This document shows positions 39,480 to 49,721 of a stretch of DNA of 64,000 bases, one piece after another (the stretch's first letter is position 1; each line of letters begins with the position of its first letter). The translations under genes were made by a program, and so were the position numbers. Below the pieces are notes generated by a model, which was given only the letters and a program-made list of their open reading frames with translations, was not told the DNA's origin and ran no database searches. The DNA comes from Anaerolineae bacterium. Lineage in GTDB: Bacteria > Chloroflexota > Anaerolineae > Aggregatilineales > J027. Where the stretch lies: NCBI GenBank assembly GCA_008933735.1, contig WBUL01000002.1, positions 209,937-273,936 on the forward strand, read 5' to 3'.

Positions 39480-40163
39480 TTAACGAATCTCTTGATCAGC
39501 AATTTCTTTCAGCCGATTCAGGTCACAGATAATAATGCTGCTGCGTTCCAGGCGCAGCACGCCCTCTTTTTCAAATTTTTTGAGCGTCCGGCATACAACT
39601 TCGCGGGCTGACCCAACCATCGCAGCTAAATCTTGCTGAGAAAAGGTTCGTTCGATGCAAAAACCATCTTTTGTGGGGTAACTTTTCAGTTTGAGCAGAT
39701 TTTCTGCCAGGCGAGCACTGACATCCCGGAAGGCCAGACTGTGTACAAGGCTGGTAAATTGACGAAGCTGCTTGGTGACCAGCTCCAATTGCATGAACAA
39801 TAAGTCGGGATGCTCCAGCAATAATTTGTGCAGTTCATTGGGGGGTAAATAAATTGATGTGCCGGGGGTAAGCGCCTGAGCACCACAGGGTGAAGGCATG
39901 TCATTGGGCAGTGATTCCGCCCCAAACGTTGAGCCTTCATGCAGCACATACAGAATCTGGATTTTGTCTTTGGAATGACGATAGAATTTGACCTGCCCCG
40001 ACAGCAGGCTAAAGAGGCCTGTGGGAGGATCGCCCTGCTGGTAAAACGCAAAACCCGCCGCAAATGGAAGATAGTGAGCCGTACCCGCAATATGCTCCAG
40101 AGCAAGCGGTGATAGTCGGCTAAAAGCTGGCAAAACCTTTAGTTCTTGCATTGTCACCGCCAT
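39480..40163 (-). CDS. Crp/Fnr family regulator (nosZ-proximal)
   Basis: cNMP-like domain (QQGD, GQVK, FGAE); HTH SQQDLAAMVGSAREVVCR. Confidence 0.92.
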   Translation of the reverse strand: MAVTMQELKVLPAFSRLSPLALEHIAGTAHYLPFAAGFAFYQQGDPPTGLFSLLSGQVKFYRHSKDKIQILYVLHEGSTFGAESLPNDMPSPCGAQALTPGTSIYLPPNELHKLLLEHPDLLFMQLELVTKQLRQFTSLVHSLAFRDVSARLAENLLKLKSYPTKDGFCIERTFSQQDLAAMVGSAREVVCRTLKKFEKEGVLRLERSSIIICDLNRLKEIADQEIR

Positions 40164-40193
40164 AGACACCTCAGCAGTAATCGCTTTTTCAAG

Positions 40194-40236
40194 AGCTTAG
40201 CACACAGCGACAGGCGAATCTGTGACCGAAATCACT
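40194..40236 (-). promoter_or_regulatory. CRP-type box and class II promoter for the proximal regulator
   Basis: TGTGA-CCGAAA-TCACT at 40221-40236; TAAGCT at 40199-40194 at the same spacing as in the nosZ promoter. Confidence 0.72.
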
Positions 40237-40909
40237 TTTTCTCTGCCAGACAGGGCAAATGAAGGGCAGACGGGTTAAGGAGGATAATCCGTCCAAATTC
40301 AAGTTGAACAACATTCTGTTCAGCAAGCTCTGACAGGTGACGTGAGACAACTTCCCGGACAGTCCCCGCCAGCTCGGCCAGCTTTTCGTGGGTAAGGGAG
40401 ACTACGAGTTGGGAGTCTGTATGCGCGGCATGATGCAGCAGGCAGTCGTTGATACGGTCGCTGACCGAAAGCGACCCCAGACTTTCGCTGAGGCGGGCAA
40501 GTTGGGCCAGATACTGGCTGTAGATTTTCAGCAGCACCCAGGCCAGCCGGATGTTATTTTTCATCAGATATTCCAGGTCTTCCTGCGGGAGCATCAGCAA
40601 TGTGACCTCGGTTAGCGCTTGGGCATTGGCCGGGTTGCCGTTCTGATTAAAGAGGGGGCAGGTGCCAAAACACTTGCCTGAACTGGCAATACAGAGCGCC
40701 TGGATTCTTCCGCCGCTGCCCACTTTAATGATTTTGACCTGCCCTTTCAGAATAAACCAGATTCCACTTGGGGTGTTCCCTTCCAGAAAAATAAGCTCAT
40801 CAGGAGCATAAAACCGGGTCACCATAAGTTCAGCTAGGGTATCCAGATCATCTGGAACCGTCTGCGCCAGAATGGGAATGGAACGAAGGTCTTCTATCGT
40901 GACAGCCAT
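40232..40909 (-). CDS. Crp/Fnr family regulator (distal)
   Basis: LEGN, GQVKI, CFGTCP; HTH THEKLAELAGTVREVVSR. Confidence 0.92.
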   Translation of the reverse strand: MAVTIEDLRSIPILAQTVPDDLDTLAELMVTRFYAPDELIFLEGNTPSGIWFILKGQVKIIKVGSGGRIQALCIASSGKCFGTCPLFNQNGNPANAQALTEVTLLMLPQEDLEYLMKNNIRLAWVLLKIYSQYLAQLARLSESLGSLSVSDRINDCLLHHAAHTDSQLVVSLTHEKLAELAGTVREVVSRHLSELAEQNVVQLEFGRIILLNPSALHLPCLAEKK

Positions 40910-41130
40910 TATAATCGTATGCTACGCGGTCTCTTAACTCAGTATACAGGAGCGGTTCTGCTATGTCGAGGTTTATGGATGACTGCCGCCGCCCAAAATG
41001 ATTTCTCAGAAGCCCCCGGATAAGGAAAACCGTTTCCCTCAAATGCAAGTCTAGCGAAACCAGGTGATTCCGGTGTGTGTCAGGGCCAACTGCTTGAGCG
41101 TGCTTTCCGGGTATATTGTCATTGTAAATA

Positions 41131-42204
41131 TTATTTCATCCCCGTTGTCGCAATTCCTGTCGTAATGAAGCGCTGCAAAAACGCAAAAACGAGCGTAATT
41201 GGCAGGATCGTCAACACAGTCATCGCCAGAATGAGATGCCACTGAACTTGCAGATCCCCCTGAAAGGCCTGCAAACCCAACTGCAAGGTGAAGTTTTCAC
41301 TACGGGTTAGAACGATTTTGGGCCACAAAAAGTCATTCCAGCGCCACATCACCGAGAAGATAGCCAGAACCGCCAACGCGGGCCCAGCAAGAGGGAGAAT
41401 GATACGCACATAGATACCCCACTCAGTTGCGCCATCGATCCTTGCAGCATCAATCAGATCATCAGGGATTGTGAGCATATACTGCCGAAGCAAAAACACT
41501 CCGGTCGGTGTTGCCGCACCCGGCACAATGACACCAAGCAAATTGTTGTTCCACCCGATCTCTGTAATGAGCAAAAACGCTGGCACCAGGATAACTGAGA
41601 TCGGTACCATGAGTGCGCTGATAATGATGATGAATACTGCGTTGCGGCCACGATACTCGTACTTGCTCAAAGAAAACGCCGCCATGCTATTGATGAACAG
41701 GGTAAGAAAAGTTGCTGCGACAGTAACGACAACGCTGTTTCTAAAATAGCGGAGGAAATTGAAGCTCTGGATGCCTTCCTTGTAATTGGAAACTTCAAAA
41801 GCCACAGCCTCAACCGGCATAATCTGTGTGTTATCTGCTTTTATGATCTCGTCCGGATTGGCAGGGTCAACCATTTGCGCCTCCAACCCCACACGGCGCA
41901 CACGTGCCAGTTGTACAGTTGATCCATCTTCCATTGGGACTTCAAACAGCGGCAGGGGATCCTCGTAACCCTCGACGACAACCGTTTCCTGGCGATAGGG
42001 CAGCGCACGGGGCGGAAACCTGATTAGCTCTGCTTCGGTCTTAAATGACGAAAGGACGATCCAGACCACCGGCCCAAACATCAAAAGGGTGCCTAAAAAC
42101 AGGTAAAGATAGGTTATGATATCTGCCCAATCCAGGCGATTAATCCCCTTGGTACGGGTGAAGAAACCGCGGTTATCAGCTTTTGTCCTCGCATCAGTTG
42201 CCAT
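41131..42204 (-). CDS. carbohydrate ABC transporter permease (MalG-like)
   Basis: SSFK, DAARIDGA, WNDFLWP. Confidence 0.92.
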   Translation of the reverse strand: MATDARTKADNRGFFTRTKGINRLDWADIITYLYLFLGTLLMFGPVVWIVLSSFKTEAELIRFPPRALPYRQETVVVEGYEDPLPLFEVPMEDGSTVQLARVRRVGLEAQMVDPANPDEIIKADNTQIMPVEAVAFEVSNYKEGIQSFNFLRYFRNSVVVTVAATFLTLFINSMAAFSLSKYEYRGRNAVFIIIISALMVPISVILVPAFLLITEIGWNNNLLGVIVPGAATPTGVFLLRQYMLTIPDDLIDAARIDGATEWGIYVRIILPLAGPALAVLAIFSVMWRWNDFLWPKIVLTRSENFTLQLGLQAFQGDLQVQWHLILAMTVLTILPITLVFAFLQRFITTGIATTGMK

Positions 42205-42217
42205 ACCCTATTTCCTT

Positions 42218-43234
42218 TTACAAGGCATCGTCTGCGCCGCGTACCCGCAGTTGGATCAAGGTGAAACCAACCAGTGTTATTGCCATAACGAGAGATGCTG
42301 CCGCAGCCAGGCCAAGTTCTTTCGTATCTCCTGCGAAACCGTTTCTAAAGATATACTGAACGATGTAAAAGGTGGAAGTTCCTGGCCCACCGCCGCTGAA
42401 GGCAAAGACAATATCAAAGACCTGTACAGCGCGGATTAAGGCCAACACTACGACCACCAGCATTGTTGGCCTGAGAAGCGGCAGCGTAATACTCCAAAAT
42501 TTTCGCCAGTTGCTGGCACCGTCCATTGAACTCGCTTCATACAGCTCATCTGGAATTGCCTGCAAGCCTGCCAATAAGATGAGCGTATAAAAGCCCATCA
42601 ATGACCAGATACTGATAACCACAACCCAGAAACGTGTCCACGACGCGGAAGATAGAAAACCGACCTTGCTTCCGCCTAAAGTCACAATAAATGAATTGAG
42701 GATGCCGTTCTCCTGCAATATCCAGCGCCACATCAGGCCAACAACAATAGGTGAGAGCAGTACGGGATAAAAGTATACGCTGCGGAAAAACCCACGCCAT
42801 ACAATCTTGCGGTTGAGAGCAAGCGCAGTAATCAAAGACACGACAATCATAAAGAAGACCTGTGTCACTACAAATAGAGCCGTATTGCGTATCGACCTGA
42901 TAAACAGGTCTTCGCGGCACGAATTCACCTTGAAGTAATCTTCACAGGTAAAGAGTCTTTCCAGATTATCAAAACCAACATAGGGGCGGTCGCTCAGGAA
43001 CAGGTTATCGCTTCCGGTAAATGCATACACAAAGTTGAGCAGCATTGGGCTCAGGATAAAAATCCCGAATACCAACAAGTTCGGCAGCACAAAAAAGTAT
43101 CCCATCCCCCTGACGCCAATGACCCGTTGCAGCCCAGCGAACAGGAATTCCGACCCGGTGAGAAGAAAGTCAATTAATGAGTTGAGAGGTTTCCTGACTG
43201 CATTTAAGGGGCTCTTAATTGTTTTCAGGGTCAT
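42218..43234 (-). CDS. carbohydrate ABC transporter permease (MalF-like)
   Basis: LAGLQAIPDELYEASSMDGA, ITLPLLRP, GGGPG. Confidence 0.92.
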   Translation of the reverse strand: MTLKTIKSPLNAVRKPLNSLIDFLLTGSEFLFAGLQRVIGVRGMGYFFVLPNLLVFGIFILSPMLLNFVYAFTGSDNLFLSDRPYVGFDNLERLFTCEDYFKVNSCREDLFIRSIRNTALFVVTQVFFMIVVSLITALALNRKIVWRGFFRSVYFYPVLLSPIVVGLMWRWILQENGILNSFIVTLGGSKVGFLSSASWTRFWVVVISIWSLMGFYTLILLAGLQAIPDELYEASSMDGASNWRKFWSITLPLLRPTMLVVVVLALIRAVQVFDIVFAFSGGGPGTSTFYIVQYIFRNGFAGDTKELGLAAAASLVMAITLVGFTLIQLRVRGADDAL

Positions 43235-43270
43235 AAAAGACACCCTTTCGTATTTTCAACCAATCCAGCA

Positions 43271-43292
43271 GGGTACGCTCTCTGGCGTACCC
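43271..43292 (-). terminator. intercistronic hairpin after the binding-protein gene
   Basis: GGGTACGC-N6-GCGTACCC. Confidence 0.5.
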
Positions 43293-43307
43293 CAAGTCTG
43301 TTTACGA

Positions 43308-44588
43308 TTATTCGGCGTTCGCTATTGCATCGTCGATATCTTGTTGGATCAGCACCGTTACTTCCTCCAGACTGATTTCACCTGCAAAGTACTGCTGGAG
43401 GCGCGTATTCGAAGAGCCATAGTAGGCAAACGCAAACGGGTGAATGTTCAGCAGCAAGGCCTGGTCTTGCAGTTTCGTCGCTTCTTGGGCAAGCTGATTC
43501 AGCGCGGCTTCTACCAATGGATTGTCCGTGTCAAACGTAACGCCTACTTCGAGCGCACCTGCGTGCGCGGGGATGTTGAGTGTGCGCCCGCTGAATTCTG
43601 CATAGACTTCGGGTTGCAGCAGATATTCAATGACACGTGCGGTGGCCTGCGCTTTCGCCTCATCGCCGTTATCAAAAGCAACGATACCCGCGCCACCGGC
43701 TACACCTGTGCTACCGCCGGGGCCAGTGGGGTTGGGGACAACAACCCAGTCAAAGGCATCTCCGATTGTGTCGGCGAAGCCCCCCACCTGCCAGCTGCCA
43801 CTGAAGTACATCACCGTCTGAGCGTTGCTGAAATAGGAACGGGCATCCACAAGAGCCTCGCCAGAAGCCCAGGTATCTGCCGGTGATTGCCCATTATCCA
43901 GCCAGGATTTGAGCATCTCGGCGAAGGTCGAGAATCCTTCATCGCCAGCCAGGTCAAAATTACCCTGGTCATCAAAAAACGTAGCGCCTTCACTCATCGC
44001 CGGTCCAGCGAAGCGATGACCCCGATTGTCAATTGCGAACAAATACTCAGTGCCCGTCGCCTCAGCGACCTGGGTTAGCGCGTCAATCCATTCCTCCCAG
44101 GTTGCTCCTTCACCCAGCAATTCGACGCCCGCTTGTTCAAATAGCGACGCATTAACAAACGGGGCCGTGACGGTCAGCGCATCCGGATACCCGTACAATC
44201 CGCTGTCGTCGCCCTCCGGGCGGAACGCATCAATAACCGCAGCGTTGAAATTATCAAACAGCGACGGATCTTCCATCAGTGGACGAAGGTCAAGATAGTA
44301 TTCGGAAAGATCAGAAAAGTTTGTCAACCGGGCAATATCCGGGCCCTGGCCGGTCTCCACATTGAGAGGCAAGACATCGAGAATGTTCTGGTACTCCACC
44401 TGGTCGATGACCACAGAAATATCAGGATTTTCTTCCATGAAGGTCGCCAGCAAATCGCCATAAACTTCACATTCCTTGCCGTCCTGATAGCAGGTAAAAC
44501 GTACTTCGACTGGATCCCCTTGAGCGCCCGTGCCAATTACAGGCACCAGCATGAGCGCCACTAATGTAATAATGATAAGCGTCTTCAC
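43308..44588 (-). CDS. carbohydrate ABC transporter substrate-binding protein
   Basis: Signal peptide, GPDIAR, FVNASLFEQAGV, SGSWQ; AAGGAG RBS before GTG 44588. Confidence 0.9.
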   Translation of the reverse strand: MKTLIIITLVALMLVPVIGTGAQGDPVEVRFTCYQDGKECEVYGDLLATFMEENPDISVVIDQVEYQNILDVLPLNVETGQGPDIARLTNFSDLSEYYLDLRPLMEDPSLFDNFNAAVIDAFRPEGDDSGLYGYPDALTVTAPFVNASLFEQAGVELLGEGATWEEWIDALTQVAEATGTEYLFAIDNRGHRFAGPAMSEGATFFDDQGNFDLAGDEGFSTFAEMLKSWLDNGQSPADTWASGEALVDARSYFSNAQTVMYFSGSWQVGGFADTIGDAFDWVVVPNPTGPGGSTGVAGGAGIVAFDNGDEAKAQATARVIEYLLQPEVYAEFSGRTLNIPAHAGALEVGVTFDTDNPLVEAALNQLAQEATKLQDQALLLNIHPFAFAYYGSSNTRLQQYFAGEISLEEVTVLIQQDIDDAIANAE

Positions 44589-44640
44589 TTGAGTCTCCTT
44601 AATCAAATTAGTACCTTCAAACGCGAAAACCTACTGGATA

Positions 44641-45900
44641 TTACAGGTTATTTCTTATTTGCTCCTCCTTCCAAATTCGCTGACTATGTATACCCGGACG
44701 ATAGAACATCTCGCTGAGTACCAAAGCTGCCGCGCCAATCATCCCTGCCTGCTCTCCTAAAGATGTCTGCTCGATTCGAATGGTTTCAGCAAGCGCAGCA
44801 AAAGCATGTTCGGTAGCGGTCCTTCGGATTTGCAGCAGCAGGATGTCGGCATAATGATCCAGCAGCCCCCCCAGAACAATTAAGTCCGGGTTGAAGATAT
44901 TGACCAGATTAGCCAGGGCGAGTCCGGCATAGAAAGCGCGTTCCTGCAAAAAATATAGGATTTTCTGCTCGCCCTGTCTCGCCGCACGAAAAACATCTGG
45001 TAGGGTCAGTTGATCGTTTTGTGCCAGGTGTTGCAGGTCGCTTGGTAGCTGACCTGCAAGCGCATACACATCACGAAGTATCGCTGGCTCCGAAATCAAA
45101 TCTTCCAGACCCACAACGTTGCGATTGCTCTCATTTTGTTGGAGCAGGAACTTCGCATGTCCAATCTCACCAGCGCCAGCGCCACTCCCTCTGAATAACT
45201 GACCGTTTACCACAAAACCCGCCCCCACACCATATCTCGCATAGACAAAGGCCGTGCTGTGTACACCACGTGCAATTCCAAAAAGGAACTCACCCAACGC
45301 CATAGCACGCACATTGTTTTCGACGATAACAGGAAATCCTAACCGTCTTCCTACATAATCCTGGATGGGGACATTGTGCCACTTCAAATTGGGGGCAAAC
45401 ACATTGATCCCCGTATTGGGGTCAACCAGCCCGGAAGCCGCTACTCCAACCCCTAAGATTTTCGCGGGATCAATACGGGTATTGTCCAGCAACAAAGTTA
45501 CGTGCTGGCAAGTTTTATCCAGGACATCCGACCAGGCGGCTTCCAGCGAATGCCCAATGGTATGCGTTTTGATAACCTTTCCAGAAAGGTCAACTAAGGC
45601 GATATGCACGAGCCCGACATCAAAATGAACACCAACCGCATAAAGCGCATCATGATTGAGCCGCAACGCCGTTTTAGGCCGGCCAATGTTCGCCTGACTG
45701 TCGGCTTGCATGGCACCAAACTCAGACACAATCCCCGCAGCAATCAATTCCCCCACCAGATTAGTGACGGTTGACGAAGCAATACCAAGTTGGTGGGCAA
45801 GCTGACTGCGCGAGGTGTCTTCTGTCTGGAGCAGTTTAAGCAGGATAGCACTGAGATTCTGATGCTTGACTCCGATGTTATTGGTGCCAAAGTAGGTCAT
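44641..45900 (-). CDS. ROK family transcriptional repressor
   Basis: SRSQLA...STVT HTH, GRP, ENNVRAMALGE, GVGAG, AGEIGH. Confidence 0.92.
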   Translation of the reverse strand: MTYFGTNNIGVKHQNLSAILLKLLQTEDTSRSQLAHQLGIASSTVTNLVGELIAAGIVSEFGAMQADSQANIGRPKTALRLNHDALYAVGVHFDVGLVHIALVDLSGKVIKTHTIGHSLEAAWSDVLDKTCQHVTLLLDNTRIDPAKILGVGVAASGLVDPNTGINVFAPNLKWHNVPIQDYVGRRLGFPVIVENNVRAMALGEFLFGIARGVHSTAFVYARYGVGAGFVVNGQLFRGSGAGAGEIGHAKFLLQQNESNRNVVGLEDLISEPAILRDVYALAGQLPSDLQHLAQNDQLTLPDVFRAARQGEQKILYFLQERAFYAGLALANLVNIFNPDLIVLGGLLDHYADILLLQIRRTATEHAFAALAETIRIEQTSLGEQAGMIGAAALVLSEMFYRPGIHSQRIWKEEQIRNNL

Positions 45901-45924
45901 CAGAGGGGTATTCCTCACAAAAAC

Positions 45925-45947
45925 ATTAGTACGGTTGGCGAATTAAT
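45925..45947. promoter_or_regulatory. candidate ROK operator in the divergent promoter region
   Basis: Imperfect palindrome ATTAGTAC-N7-GAATTAAT. Confidence 0.3.
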
Positions 45948-46036
45948 TCAATATTTGAAATAAGTCAATGTTTCCATTATACTTGCAAAAGTGCTTTTTG
46001 CAATACTATCGGAGATGGGCTTCCGGATCGAATCCT

Positions 46037-46876
46037 ATGAATCGCAAAGATGAGGTAAGAGCGCTTCTCCGATTGTCCCCAGAAGAGGTCAAACAACGCG
46101 CAGGTGAGCACCTCGTTGTATGCAGTACCCTGGATGCCCTCCATCGACAAATGGCTGAAGATATTTTTGCTGAGATAGCTTCTGCGGCAGCCGAGGCGCG
46201 TTCGCTAAATCTGATCTTGCCAGTAGGCCCTACCGGGCAGTATCCGTATTTAGCCCGTCTCCTCAATGAGAACAAGCACGACCTCTCACACTGTAAATTC
46301 TTCTTCATGGACGAATACTGTGATGACAACGGTCGGGCGGTCTCGCCGACGCACCCTTTGAGTTTCCGAAGAATCGCTTACGAGTTATTTCTAGGTAGTC
46401 TGGAGTATACCAATCTCGCAGAGACTCAAGTTATATTTCCTACAGAACACAATATTGACACACTTTCCGATCAGATAGAGAACGCCGGGGGTATCGATAC
46501 CTGCTACGGGGGTATTGGTATTCATGGGCACATAGCCTTCAACGAACCGGAACCAGGGGTTAATTTGTTATCTTGTCGCAAGGTTCAACTGAATGATTTT
46601 ACAGTCACCATGAATGCGGTGCGGGCTCATGTTGGTGGCGATCTGGTGAATTTCCCCCGTGCAGCATTCACACTTGGTATGAAAGAAATCCTTCAGTCCA
46701 AACGGATTCGCCTCTATTGTAGGAATGGCAGCCCGTTTGATTGGGCAAATGCGGTCCTACGGATCGCGTTGTTTGGCACCTCGGGTGATGATTATCCGGT
46801 GACCTACATCCGGAACAAGGATTATACGATCATCACCGATGAAGACACGCTTCAAACACCTGAGGTATTGCTCTAG
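46037..46876 (+). CDS. glucosamine-6-phosphate deaminase/isomerase-like protein
   Basis: MDEY, HPLSF, GGIGIHGHIAFNEP, TLGMKEIL. Confidence 0.8.
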   Translation: MNRKDEVRALLRLSPEEVKQRAGEHLVVCSTLDALHRQMAEDIFAEIASAAAEARSLNLILPVGPTGQYPYLARLLNENKHDLSHCKFFFMDEYCDDNGRAVSPTHPLSFRRIAYELFLGSLEYTNLAETQVIFPTEHNIDTLSDQIENAGGIDTCYGGIGIHGHIAFNEPEPGVNLLSCRKVQLNDFTVTMNAVRAHVGGDLVNFPRAAFTLGMKEILQSKRIRLYCRNGSPFDWANAVLRIALFGTSGDDYPVTYIRNKDYTIITDEDTLQTPEVLL

Positions 46877-47688
46877 TGCAAACGACTCTCATTATCCGTG
46901 ACGATGATACCAGCTTTTTCACTTCGCCTGACCTGCTAAATCGTGTCTATGGAAGATTACTCAGCGAGGGTATTCCTATTAGCCTGTCTGTCATTCCTGC
47001 TCACAATGCTAATGTACGAGTAGCACACCGCCCTGGCAGTCCATTTGATCCCAGTATACCCCCCAGCTATCGCGGAAGGAACCAGGACTACCCTGTCACC
47101 CAGAACCAAGCATTGTGTGATTTCCTTCAAGACAAGGTTCAAGAAGGTTTGCTCGAAGTATGCCTGCATGGATTTAATCATGCGTACATGGAATTTGACA
47201 TGAGCGACACAGAGCGCGTTGAACAAAAACTGAGAGAGGGACGGACGATTTTGTCGGAGGCGGTACCTGAGGCCCCTATCGAAACATTTATTGCGCCATA
47301 TGACAAGCTGTCGCCCGAAGCATTCGAGACAGTTCTGAAAGTTGGATACCATCTCTCGACCCGTCCAGAATCGGTGCCGCCAGACACCTTCCCCCAGCCT
47401 ATCCCAGACTACGCTCATTTGGCACATCCGTATGGACGCAGCATATTTACCTGTGAGGAATATATCTTCACGCATCGCGATGAACCAGCAGATTGTCTGG
47501 CACGCATCAAGGAACGTCTGGCCGCACAGGATTTTCTGATCATAACCAATCATTACTGGTCATTCTTTTACGATTGGAAAGGTCCACATCCCTTGCTCGA
47601 TGCGTGGGATCAACTGGTTGATGAGCTCCTGTCCAATCAACAAAATATCCGCTTCACCACTTTCCAGCAGTACCAAGTCTCCTCGTGA
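46876..47688 (+). CDS. polysaccharide deacetylase-like protein (DUF2334/NodB fold)
   Basis: IRDDD, LSVIP, LHGFNH, FIAPYD; coupled to the upstream gene. Confidence 0.75.
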   Translation: MQTTLIIRDDDTSFFTSPDLLNRVYGRLLSEGIPISLSVIPAHNANVRVAHRPGSPFDPSIPPSYRGRNQDYPVTQNQALCDFLQDKVQEGLLEVCLHGFNHAYMEFDMSDTERVEQKLREGRTILSEAVPEAPIETFIAPYDKLSPEAFETVLKVGYHLSTRPESVPPDTFPQPIPDYAHLAHPYGRSIFTCEEYIFTHRDEPADCLARIKERLAAQDFLIITNHYWSFFYDWKGPHPLLDAWDQLVDELLSNQQNIRFTTFQQYQVSS

Positions 47689-47712
47689 CCTCAATTTCAG
47701 TGAATTGAGGTC
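47687..47712 (+). terminator. hairpin at the end of the deacetylase gene
   Basis: GACCTCAATT-TCAGTG-AATTGAGGTC. Confidence 0.6.
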
Positions 47713-47944
47713 CTGGTTATTTCCCGACTTGTTAGGAAAGTCATATAATGTTTAAAATTGATTTCATGTTATCTAAGACATCTCATATGAATCATAGAAG
47801 TTTCAGGTGGCAATTTATTACCTGTGAGAGGCCTAGAATTTCTTACCTATTTCTCATTAAGAATTTGCTCTTTAATCTAAATTTCCTATCAGGCTCTCAA
47901 TCGGAGTCTAAACCTCCTGACTCATTTTCATTAGGACACGATGT

Positions 47945-49678
47945 ATGCGATTGTTTATAAGTTATGCCCGCTCTGACAAATTTCTTGTCAACCAGATCGT
48001 AGAGATTCTTCGAGATGCAGGGCATGACCCCTGGATTGATTCCGAGATTTTACCTGGGCAAGATTGGCAAAGTCGCCTGCTTGAAGAGATCAAAAAATGT
48101 GAGATTTTTTTATATGCGGTCAGTAAACGCTCAAATTCGTCAGAATGGTGTCAGTGGGAAACCTTCACAGCCATTAAATTAGGTAAACCTCTTATTCCAG
48201 TTCTTATTGACAAATCAGCCGATCCCCCTGAGTACCTCAGTCGTATACACTATGTTGACTTTTCAGGAGAGGCTACAGGAAAAGCCGTTGCAATTCTGTT
48301 ACGTGCTTTGGCGACTGCTAAAGTAGAAATTGATCCCGAACAGCTTACACAAATACCTGACGTTCCGCGCGGAATGCCATCGCATGTCAAGACAAACAAA
48401 TGCGAAATTACGGGGCGAATCGAACTGCTAGGTAAGGACGAGAGAGAGCGCCAAGAGAATTTGGCGATTCTTGAGCAATTCTCAGAAGTCAAGGCGATTG
48501 CCATAACCGAAAAAGTGACCAATGGGCGATCACAATCTAAAGTATTCATTGTTAATGCGACAGTGCCTAAAGTTGGAGCATATCCGCGAGTTTGTTTTTT
48601 GAAAATCCATCATGCGCGTGGGGATACCCCTTTCCAAAGACATAAAGACGCCTACCGTACCAATTTGAGAAAGCATATGCCTGAAATCATCGCCGCTACT
48701 CAGTGGGATCAGCCAAGCAGCAAAATCGCTCTTTTATATTACCCCGGAGAAACAAATGGAGATTTTGTATCACTTGAACATTTGATACATAACAGGACAA
48801 AGCAAGCAGAGCAATTGATTGATGAAACATGTAAGGCTTTAACAAACTGGAATATTGGTGAAACTGAAGATGAAATAGAGGATAGCTTTTCTTATGAGAT
48901 ATTAGCGCCAACAGAACTTCTAAAATATACTCTGGCACACTCCAAAGACCCCGAAGTAAGCCAATACCGTTTAGAAGATGATGAAGGAAGTTACCGCGCT
49001 CGTTTAGGTGATATTGGTGTCACAGATCAATGTCAATTAATAACTTTTAAAGGATCACCTTCGGGCTCACAGAAGCAACTCCCCAATCCTTTAGCTTATC
49101 TTTACAATCGTGACCTCTGGAGACAGCAGAAGGATACCAGCATCACATGGCCACGAGGTCGCATCCATGGCGATTTAAATGTACGTAACATATTAAGAAA
49201 TGACCAAGCTGAAACAAAAGCAGAATTGATTGATTTTGATACCTATGATCCTGCCAACCTAATCTTTTACGATTTCGCTCAAATGGAATTAGGCATTATT
49301 CTTGCAGCTTGCACTCCTACGGCAATATATAACCGAACAGAGCTAGTCCATTTATCCAGTTATCTGGCAAATCGAGTTGAACTTGACAATATACCGGACC
49401 TGGGGGTCGCATCTGTGGGTATTAACATACTCCTTAGCCCCATTCGGCAAACAGTGAGCAAGATTTGCAGTTTACATCATAAGTTTAAATCCGCTTATCT
49501 CATTGCTCGTGTGGCTTCTGGGCTTGAGCTTGCCCGTAAGAGAAAAGCCGAGTTGGAGGAACGGATTTTCGCTGTTCTTTTCGCTGCCGATAGCCTTAAC
49601 GTACTGCTAAGGCAGCTTGCAATAGAAGCCTATGACCCTCAATATAGTAGCTGCACTGTTAATTGGCCTGATCAATAG
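47945..49678 (+). CDS. TIR domain fused to a kinase-like phosphotransferase (TCAD9-like)
   Basis: LFISYARSD, SEWCQWE, IHYVDF; GRSQSKVF, FLKI, LPNPL, IHGDLNVRNIL, LIDF, DFAQME. Confidence 0.82.
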   Translation: MRLFISYARSDKFLVNQIVEILRDAGHDPWIDSEILPGQDWQSRLLEEIKKCEIFLYAVSKRSNSSEWCQWETFTAIKLGKPLIPVLIDKSADPPEYLSRIHYVDFSGEATGKAVAILLRALATAKVEIDPEQLTQIPDVPRGMPSHVKTNKCEITGRIELLGKDERERQENLAILEQFSEVKAIAITEKVTNGRSQSKVFIVNATVPKVGAYPRVCFLKIHHARGDTPFQRHKDAYRTNLRKHMPEIIAATQWDQPSSKIALLYYPGETNGDFVSLEHLIHNRTKQAEQLIDETCKALTNWNIGETEDEIEDSFSYEILAPTELLKYTLAHSKDPEVSQYRLEDDEGSYRARLGDIGVTDQCQLITFKGSPSGSQKQLPNPLAYLYNRDLWRQQKDTSITWPRGRIHGDLNVRNILRNDQAETKAELIDFDTYDPANLIFYDFAQMELGIILAACTPTAIYNRTELVHLSSYLANRVELDNIPDLGVASVGINILLSPIRQTVSKICSLHHKFKSAYLIARVASGLELARKRKAELEERIFAVLFAADSLNVLLRQLAIEAYDPQYSSCTVNWPDQ

Positions 49679-49721
49679 GCCTTTAGCTGTTTGTGTTATT
49701 TAGAGAGCTGGCAAATCTATT

